Shown piece by piece: positions 1 to 4,330 of a DNA stretch of 4,330 nt. Where the stretch lies: positions 1 through 4,330 of IMG/VR virus record IMGVR_UViG_3300029104_000077; one strand, 5' to 3'. Each line of letters starts with the position of its first letter. Position 1 is the stretch's first letter. The notes below the pieces were generated by a model, which was not told the DNA's origin, made no database searches, and saw nothing but the letters and a program-made list of their open reading frames with translations. Made by a program: the position numbers and the translations under genes. Origin of the DNA: a virus (lineage: Duplodnaviria; Heunggongvirae; Uroviricota; Caudoviricetes).

Positions 1-630
1 GCAAAAAATGACCCGTTAACAGTTGACCCGTCAAATATTGACCCCTCAACGGTTGGCCCGTCAAATTTTGATGGATCAACGGTTGATAAAAAACTGCCGG
101 TCAGGGGGGCGATGATTGACCCCGATCCGTCAGTATTAAAACCTGATCCGTCAGATAAAAGATCTTCTTGTCCGGACGTTTCACTGCCGGACGAAAAACA
201 ATCATCACCAGTTGAGCGATTTCTGGAGAAACACCCGGATGCGCATACCTGGAATGTACCGAAGCGACAGTGGGGTACCCGTGAAGATGTCGCCTGTGCG
301 CAGTGGATTTGGGGACGGGTTGTGGCGTTGTATGAACAGGCCGCCAGTGATGATGGTGAGGTGTCACGCCCCCGAGAACCTAACTGGACGACCTGGGCGA
401 ATGATGTGCGCATGATGCGTATGCTGGATGGACGTAGTCACCGGCAGATTTGTGAAATGTTTGGGCGTGTCCAGCGGGATTCGTTCTGGGTAAAAAACAT
501 CATGAGTCCGGCAAAACTCCGGGAAAAATGGGATGAACTGGTTATCCGCCTGGGGCGTTCGCCCGCGCAGCGTTGCGTGAATCACATTTCTGAACCGGAC
601 ACTGAAATACCGCCTGGATTCAGGGGGTGA
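1..630 (+). CDS. Phage replication initiator (lambda O-like), C-terminal portion; 5' end lies upstream of the window
   Basis: Frame 1 is open from position 1 with no stop until TGA 628-630, so the track ORF 112..630 is only the internal-Met part of a longer gene. Positions 1-170 encode a D/P/S-rich low-complexity linker (..DPLTVDPSNIDPSTVGPSNFDGSTVD..DPDPSVLKPDPSD..) coincident with the DNA-level iterons, followed by a globular-looking C-terminal region. It sits 6 bp upstream of a DnaC-like loader gene. An origin embedded in the initiator gene is the established lambdoid arrangement; assignment by organisation, not by recognised sequence identity. Confidence 0.55.
   Translation, partial: AKNDPLTVDPSNIDPSTVGPSNFDGSTVDKKLPVRGAMIDPDPSVLKPDPSDKRSSCPDVSLPDEKQSSPVERFLEKHPDAHTWNVPKRQWGTREDVACAQWIWGRVVALYEQAASDDGEVSRPREPNWTTWANDVRMMRMLDGRSHRQICEMFGRVQRDSFWVKNIMSPAKLREKWDELVIRLGRSPAQRCVNHISEPDTEIPPGFRG
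9..98. repeat. Tandem 15-bp direct repeats (iteron-like), about 5 good copies plus a degenerate sixth; core TGACCCGTCAA with internal dyad TGAC-CC-GTCA
   Basis: Seen directly: tgacccgttaa (9-19), tgacccgtcaa (24-34), tgacccctcaa (39-49), tggcccgtcaa (54-64), tgatggatcaa (69-79), degenerate tgataaaaaac (84-94); constant 15-bp register. Each core contains the inverted half-sites TGAC/GTCA. Confidence 0.75.
9..164. other. Candidate phage origin of replication (iterons + A-rich tract + GATC cluster) inside the initiator coding sequence
   Basis: Iteron array 9-98, A-rich stretch gataaaaaactg (85-96), a second 10-bp direct repeat GATCCGTCAG at 124-133 and 145-154, and four GATC sites at 74, 124, 145 and 161. 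Location within the initiator gene just upstream of the helicase-loader gene matches the lambda ori-in-O arrangement (established knowledge). Confidence 0.6.
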
Positions 631-636
631 CGTGGC

Positions 637-1383
637 ATGAAAAACATTGCGGCAGCCGGGGTTCTTGAACGTATTCGCAGACTTGCACCACAGGGGGCGG
701 TTCCACCGTACCGGACGGTGGAGGAGTGGCGGGAATGGCAGCTTGCTGAAGGACGAAAACGCAGCGAGGAGATTAACCGCCAGAATCGCCAGTTGCGGGT
801 GGAAAAAATCCTGAATCGTTCGGGCATCCAGCCTCTGCACAGCAAATGCTCGTTTGCGAATTATCAGGTGCAGAACGACGGGCAAAAACACGCGCTGAGC
901 CAGGCAAAATCCATCGCTGACGAACTGATGACCGGGTGCACGAATTTTGTGTTCAGCGGTAAAACCGGCACCGGGAAAAATCACCTTGCAGCGGCGATGG
1001 GCAACCGGCTGATGGCGAAGGGGAGCAGCGTGATTATCGTCACCGTGTCTGACGTCATGAGTGTGTTGCATGACAGCTACGACAACGGCCAGTCCGGGGA
1101 AAAATTTTTACAGGAGCTTTGCGGGGTTGATTTGCTGGTCCTGGATGAAATAGGCGTTCAGCGTGAGACGAAAAACGAGCAGGTGGTATTGCACCAGATA
1201 ATTGATCGCCGGACAGCATCACTGTGCAGTGTCGGGATGTTAACAAACCTGAATCATGCCGCAATGAGTACGCTTCTCGGTGAGAGGATTATGGACCGCA
1301 TGACCATGAACGGTGGTCGATGGGTGACGTTTAACTGGGATAGCTGGCGTCCAAATGTCAGCAATCAGAGGGTTGTGAAGTAA
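637..1383 (+). CDS. DnaC-family replicative helicase loader (prophage-encoded DnaC paralog, AAA+ ATPase)
   Basis: 248-aa ORF with ATG at 637 preceded by GGGGG (623-627). The translation contains segments I recognise as near-identical to E. coli DnaC: NRSGIQPLH..CSF.NY, Walker A FSGKTGTGKNHLAAA, Walker B DLLVLDEIGVQ, GMLTNLN, LGERIMDRM. Size and position immediately after the initiator fit a lambdoid replication module that uses a DnaC-type loader instead of lambda P. Confidence 0.9.
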   Translation: MKNIAAAGVLERIRRLAPQGAVPPYRTVEEWREWQLAEGRKRSEEINRQNRQLRVEKILNRSGIQPLHSKCSFANYQVQNDGQKHALSQAKSIADELMTGCTNFVFSGKTGTGKNHLAAAMGNRLMAKGSSVIIVTVSDVMSVLHDSYDNGQSGEKFLQELCGVDLLVLDEIGVQRETKNEQVVLHQIIDRRTASLCSVGMLTNLNHAAMSTLLGERIMDRMTMNGGRWVTFNWDSWRPNVSNQRVVK

Positions 1384-1404
1384 TTTTTGTCGGAGGACGT
1401 TTTA

Positions 1405-2121
1405 ATGGAAACCGTATTTGACGCACTGAAAGCACTGAAAAAAGCCTCTTCACAGGTAGTGGCATCGCGCCTTGGAATCAGCCGTGAAGAGGCGGTCAAC
1501 GAACTGTGGAAACTGAAGCGCCGCGGTGAAGCGGATAACAAGGGTTCGATGTGGTGGCTGATTCAGGCTGGTGAAAGTGAACCAGTGTCACCGGTACCGA
1601 AAGTGACAGCGCAAATGCTGACAGAGGCGATTGAACAACATGGCCCACAAACGGCGGATGAACTGGCACTGATGTTCGGAATTACCTCCCGCCGGGCGAA
1701 TTCATCGCTGGCAATGGCAATCAGCAAAGGGCGTCTGATTCGCGTGAATCAGGGCGGTAAATTTCGTTACTGCATGCCGGGCGATAATTTACCAGCAGAG
1801 CCGGAAGCTGCATCCGCAGCGGAAACGGATGGTAAAGCCTTTCCTCAGCCAGCAGGAGTTGCGTTACCAGTCCAGGAAACAACGACACAGGAAGAAATGA
1901 AAACAGAAATCGAGGAAGACATTGTGAAGTTACAGCCATCGGTCACTGAAGCGAAAGCAGATGACCTGATTCTACCATCGCTGCATGTGGCTAACCGCGA
2001 GCTGCGCCGGGCGAAAAGTGATGTTCAGAAGTGGGAGCGAGTCTGTGCTGCGCTACGGGAACTGAACAAACACAGGGATATTCTCCGGGATATTACCGCC
2101 ACCAGAGAGCAGCAGCGGTGA
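1405..2121 (+). CDS. Hypothetical phage protein with two winged-helix-like segments and an acidic, coiled-coil-like C-terminus
   Basis: ATG at 1405 preceded by GGAGG (1392-1396) at 8-nt spacing, preferred over the TTG at 1387 used by the ORF track. 238 aa. Two internally similar segments ([32 protein letters not shown] and [37 protein letters not shown]) resemble HTH recognition helix plus wing; the C-terminal third is E/Q/K-rich. No family confidently recognised. Confidence 0.6.
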   Translation: METVFDALKALKKASSQVVASRLGISREEAVNELWKLKRRGEADNKGSMWWLIQAGESEPVSPVPKVTAQMLTEAIEQHGPQTADELALMFGITSRRANSSLAMAISKGRLIRVNQGGKFRYCMPGDNLPAEPEAASAAETDGKAFPQPAGVALPVQETTTQEEMKTEIEEDIVKLQPSVTEAKADDLILPSLHVANRELRRAKSDVQKWERVCAALRELNKHRDILRDITATREQQR

Positions 2122-2435
2122 GTGGCTGGAAGAAGTGGCGCTGGGCTGAAATCCTGATACTCCGGCAGTGTGCGGGAACGATGAAAGTCGAAAGCATCGG
2201 TTATCTGATTGGCCGTAGTGAGTCAGCCGTCAGGACGAAAGCGCGGGAACTGGGTCTCAGCATGATGTTACGGGGTGATTATCACCAGTCAGCCAAATGT
2301 TCACAGCGTGATATTGAGCTGGCGCGGCAACTGCATCAGCGTGGTGTACCCCGACGGGAAATTGCCGAAAAGTTTGGGATGAAGTTGGGCGCAGTGAATA
2401 ACTACGTTTATTTCGACAGGAGGGTTCAGGAGTGA
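2118..2435 (+). CDS. Small putative DNA-binding protein with two HTH-like motifs (N-terminal GcrA-like / sigma-70 region-4-like motif)
   Basis: Frame open from 2031, but the GTG at 2118 overlaps the upstream stop (gGTGA, 2118-2121) in a coupled arrangement; ATG 2181 is an alternative start. Residues [46 protein letters not shown] resemble the W..E..L..L..G.S...IA..LG....AV..K..RLGL pattern of GcrA-type N-terminal DNA-binding domains; a second HTH-like segment is [34 protein letters not shown]. The motif begins right at 2118, which supports that start over 2181. Confidence 0.5.
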   Translation: MSGWKKWRWAEILILRQCAGTMKVESIGYLIGRSESAVRTKARELGLSMMLRGDYHQSAKCSQRDIELARQLHQRGVPRREIAEKFGMKLGAVNNYVYFDRRVQE

Positions 2436-2734
2436 GGGTGAGGGTTTATATCGCCGGTCCGATGACGGGATATGAAAATTTTAACCGCGAGGCATTTCAC
2501 AAAGCGGAAGAGGTGCTGAAACGGGAAGGGCATACCGTTTTAAACCCGGCAGTACTTCCGGACGGGCTGACTCAGCCACATTACATGGATATTTGCATGG
2601 CAATGATTCGTTGTGTGGATGCGATTTACATGCTGAAAGGCTGGCAGCAGTCGGCAGGTGCAAGGGCTGAGCTGGCACTGGCGGAGAAACTGGGCCATGC
2701 GGTGATTTTTCAGGAGGTGGGCAGTGAATATTGA
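2432..2734 (+). CDS. DUF4406-like small protein (nucleoside 2-deoxyribosyltransferase-like fold), function unknown
   Basis: 100-aa ORF; GTG start at 2432 overlaps the upstream TGA (2433-2435), with AGGAGG at 2418-2423. N-terminal VYIAGPMTG..NFNREAF, then AIYMLKGWQQSAGARAELALAEKLG with a Glu in the expected position. This matches my memory of the ~93-122 aa phage/bacterial DUF4406 family with one invariant Glu, related to nucleoside 2-deoxyribosyltransferases. Not verified by search. Confidence 0.7.
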   Translation: MRVRVYIAGPMTGYENFNREAFHKAEEVLKREGHTVLNPAVLPDGLTQPHYMDICMAMIRCVDAIYMLKGWQQSAGARAELALAEKLGHAVIFQEVGSEY

Positions 2735-3026
2735 CCCGGCGATAACGATTGATATGGCCCTGAACACCGGCCTGGCGCTTCTTGGTTATTTCTACATCAT
2801 GTTCTGCAGCGGACGATGGCTGTCACTGTTGTTCATGAAAAAATGGAATAAACGCCGTAAGCAGGAGCAACGCCAGAAGGCAATGGATGCATTTTTCGAA
2901 GCCTTCGGGATTGACGGCATGGAACCAGGGGATCCAGCTCGCGCAATTAGCAGAGGGGGCGTAGTAATCCTTGTATACCGGAGTGAAGAGAAAAATGAGC
3001 GAGATCAACTATCAGGCACTGCGTGA
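2724..3026 (+). CDS. Small predicted single-pass membrane protein (hypothetical)
   Basis: GTG start at 2724 with AGGAGG (2712-2717) at 6-nt spacing, 8 nt before the upstream stop (2732-2734). 100 aa with one hydrophobic segment (ALNTGLALLGYFYIMFCSGRWLSLLF) followed by a strongly basic stretch (KKWNKRRKQEQRQK), i.e. a positive-inside single-pass topology. The last ~10 codons overlap the next gene's start, so the exact extent is uncertain. Confidence 0.45.
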   Translation: MNIDPAITIDMALNTGLALLGYFYIMFCSGRWLSLLFMKKWNKRRKQEQRQKAMDAFFEAFGIDGMEPGDPARAISRGGVVILVYRSEEKNERDQLSGTA

Positions 3027-3624
3027 GGCGGCAGTAGCAATTGAAACAGTAGCAACGCCTCAAAAATTGCTGGCATTTCGTATGAAAGTCACACCTCAGG
3101 TTGTGCTGGCGCTACTGGATGAACGAGATGCATTAAACGAACGCATAGCCGAACTGGAGGCTAATTTAGCGGAGCTGGCCGAAGACCAACAGAAAGCGAT
3201 TGAGTCAATTAAGCAGGCTGATGCGGCTGTTAAGTTGGCACACGAGAAGTTTTCGGAGCTGGCAGCGGAGAATGCGGCGCTTAAACAGTCGGAGAAGGAA
3301 TTTAATAACTTCTGTCGTCAGGAGTACTACGGTTGGGAGGACAACTTCACGGAAACCCCAGCCACCGATGCTTTTCTGGCTGAAATTCGTGCGGAAGCAC
3401 GCAACGAGGGGATTAACTATACCGCCAGCCGTCTTGCTGCTGCGTTCAATCACGGATTTATCAATAAGTCTTTGCGTGAAGTTTTCGACGTTACGCGCAT
3501 GATTCTGTCAGCGAAAGAAGAGTTGGCTAATGAACCGCATCCGATTGATGGCCTGTCTGGTGAATATGCGGAAAAATCCCTAGAAGAATGGGCGGAACAG
3601 ATTCGCAAAGGAGGCAACCAGTGA
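2995..3624 (+). CDS. Ea22-like (ead/Ea22 family) phage protein, paralog 1
   Basis: ATG at 2995, preferred over TTG 2971. 209 aa. N-terminus MSEINYQALREAA.. and the segment VTPQVVLALLDERDALNERIAELEANLAEL followed by a long coiled-coil-like region match my memory of the lambda Ea22 N-terminal module (MSEINSQALREAAE...LLDERE...). Not verified by search. Confidence 0.6.
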   Translation: MSEINYQALREAAVAIETVATPQKLLAFRMKVTPQVVLALLDERDALNERIAELEANLAELAEDQQKAIESIKQADAAVKLAHEKFSELAAENAALKQSEKEFNNFCRQEYYGWEDNFTETPATDAFLAEIRAEARNEGINYTASRLAAAFNHGFINKSLREVFDVTRMILSAKEELANEPHPIDGLSGEYAEKSLEEWAEQIRKGGNQ

Positions 3625-4330
3625 GCAAGATTGACTATCAGGTACTGCGTGAAAAGGCAGAAAAAGCAACGTGTGGTGAGTGGTCTCTCGAATATGGAGA
3701 GAGCCGATTTGATGGTGATGATGCACTAATTCATCGCGAGGCTGCTGGATATATTCCCATTTGCAGAATTGAAGGAGCGCATCCTGAAAGCGGTTTCGAT
3801 GAAGATTTCCAAATGGAACAGCAGGCCAATGCTGAATTCATAGCAGAGGCCAATCCGGCTACTGTGCTGGTACTGCTGGATGAACTGGAAGCCGCAGAGA
3901 AGCGCAACGCAAAATTACAAAGCGAGAATGCATACATCCGCAACCGGTACAAAGAACTGGACCTATTAATCGGGAAAAACATTCTTGTCATGCAGGCTGC
4001 GATTATCGAATGGCAGGCAACTGGCGACGCTAAAAGCGGACTGGCATGGATTTATAACACACTGTTTGGCCCAGGCGAGTTGCCGGACGAATCTGAGAAA
4101 GATGCTCAGGCCTACTTTAATCGCAAATATGCACCGATTGACGAAAAGCTTATGGCGCTTCACAAGTGGTTTTGGGAACAAAGTGAAGCCGAATTCGCAT
4201 CAAAGGAGAGTGATATGAGCGCTATTACCAAAGAGCGACTGCTGACAATCAGGCAGTGGCGCGAAACATACGTACCTGGTAGCAACGTTGTACTGCCAGC
4301 AGAAGAAGCGGAAGAACTGGCACGGATTGC
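3621..4330 (+). CDS. Ea22-like phage protein, paralog 2 (3' end beyond window)
   Basis: GTG at 3621 overlaps the upstream stop (GTGA, 3621-3624), with AGGAGG at 3609-3614 at 6-nt spacing. I translated the frame by hand and found no stop through 4330; it is absent from the ORF track only because it has no in-window stop. N-terminus MSKIDYQVLREKAEKATCGEW.. and ..ANPATVLVLLDELEAAEKRNAKLQSENAYI.. share the module seen in paralog 1; the rest diverges. Confidence 0.6.
   Translation, partial: MSKIDYQVLREKAEKATCGEWSLEYGESRFDGDDALIHREAAGYIPICRIEGAHPESGFDEDFQMEQQANAEFIAEANPATVLVLLDELEAAEKRNAKLQSENAYIRNRYKELDLLIGKNILVMQAAIIEWQATGDAKSGLAWIYNTLFGPGELPDESEKDAQAYFNRKYAPIDEKLMALHKWFWEQSEAEFASKESDMSAITKERLLTIRQWRETYVPGSNVVLPAEEAEELARI

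Noticed and set aside
9-98. Possibility that the short tandem repeats are a CRISPR array or other mobile-element repeat
   Set aside because: Repeats are 15 bp and contiguous with no spacers, lie in frame within a coding sequence, and are followed by an A-rich tract next to replication genes; this fits iterons, not CRISPR or IS termini.
101-367. 88-aa minus-strand ORF (His/Pro-rich)
   Set aside because: Antisense to the initiator coding region; low-complexity composition; likely a chance open frame.
212-415. 67-aa plus-strand ORF in an alternative frame
   Set aside because: Lies within the initiator gene in a different frame; R/M-rich off-frame composition; no independent support.
364-1071. 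235-aa minus-strand ORF from the six-frame track
   Set aside because: Entirely antisense to the initiator 3' end and the DnaC-like gene, whose homology is unambiguous; R/H/P-rich composition is typical of a chance antisense frame; no SD noted.
582-1264. Minus-strand ORFs 582..845 and 1055..1264
   Set aside because: Antisense to the DnaC-like gene; chance frames.
1387-1404. TTG start at 1387 used by the ORF track for the wHTH-repeat gene
   Set aside because: The TTG lies inside or upstream of the GGAGG at 1392-1396; ATG 1405 has proper SD spacing and is the more plausible start.
1721-1939. 72-aa minus-strand ORF
   Set aside because: Antisense to the wHTH-repeat gene; no SD; chance frame.
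2971-2994. TTG start at 2971 used by the ORF track for the first Ea22-like gene
   Set aside because: ATG 2995 gives the family-typical N-terminus (MSEINYQALRE..) and is preceded by purine-rich sequence; the TTG extension adds 8 residues with no support.
2481-3008. Minus-strand ORFs 2481..2678, 2540..2767 and 2823..3008
   Set aside because: Antisense to the DUF4406-like and membrane-protein genes; compositions atypical; the plus-strand genes have SDs and coupled starts.
3200-3502. Plus-strand alternative-frame ORF (100 aa, Arg-rich) and minus-strand ORF 3205..3453
   Set aside because: Both lie inside the first Ea22-like gene; the Arg/Ser-rich translation is typical of an off-frame read of a Glu/Ala-rich coiled-coil gene.
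3731-4218. ORFs 3731..3991 (-), 3966..4181 (-) and 3985..4218 (+)
   Set aside because: All overlap the long uninterrupted frame starting at GTG 3621, which has Ea22-like N-terminal similarity and a strong SD; the alternatives are low-complexity (poly-Ser) or basic off-frame products.
1-4330. Promoters, Rho-independent terminators, tRNA/ncRNA genes, integrase or transposase genes
   Set aside because: Coding density on the + strand is essentially complete with overlapping junctions; I found no intergenic region long enough, no convincing GC-rich hairpin followed by a T-run, and no recombinase-like ORFs. Transcription presumably enters from an upstream early promoter outside the window.

Overview
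This window reads as a tightly packed, single-strand (+) early operon segment of a lambdoid prophage from an enterobacterial (E. coli-like) genome. From left to right: the 3' part of a replication initiator gene (lambda O-like) whose coding sequence carries an iteron-type origin (15-bp direct repeats, an A-rich tract and a GATC cluster); a clear DnaC-family helicase loader; then a translationally coupled block of four small uncharacterised genes (a protein with two winged-helix-like segments, a small protein with two HTH-like motifs, a ~100-aa DUF4406 / nucleoside 2-deoxyribosyltransferase-like protein, and a small single-pass membrane protein); and finally two tandem Ea22-like paralogs, the second running off the right edge. 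Coding density is near 100% on the + strand, several genes are joined by GTGA start/stop overlaps, and I see no convincing promoters, terminators, RNA genes, CRISPR arrays or transposases. The best candidate for an undescribed system is the four-gene block at 1405-3026, especially the DUF4406-like enzyme and membrane protein pair; this is a hypothesis from sequence and remembered family features only. All homology statements are from memory of family motifs, not from searches.
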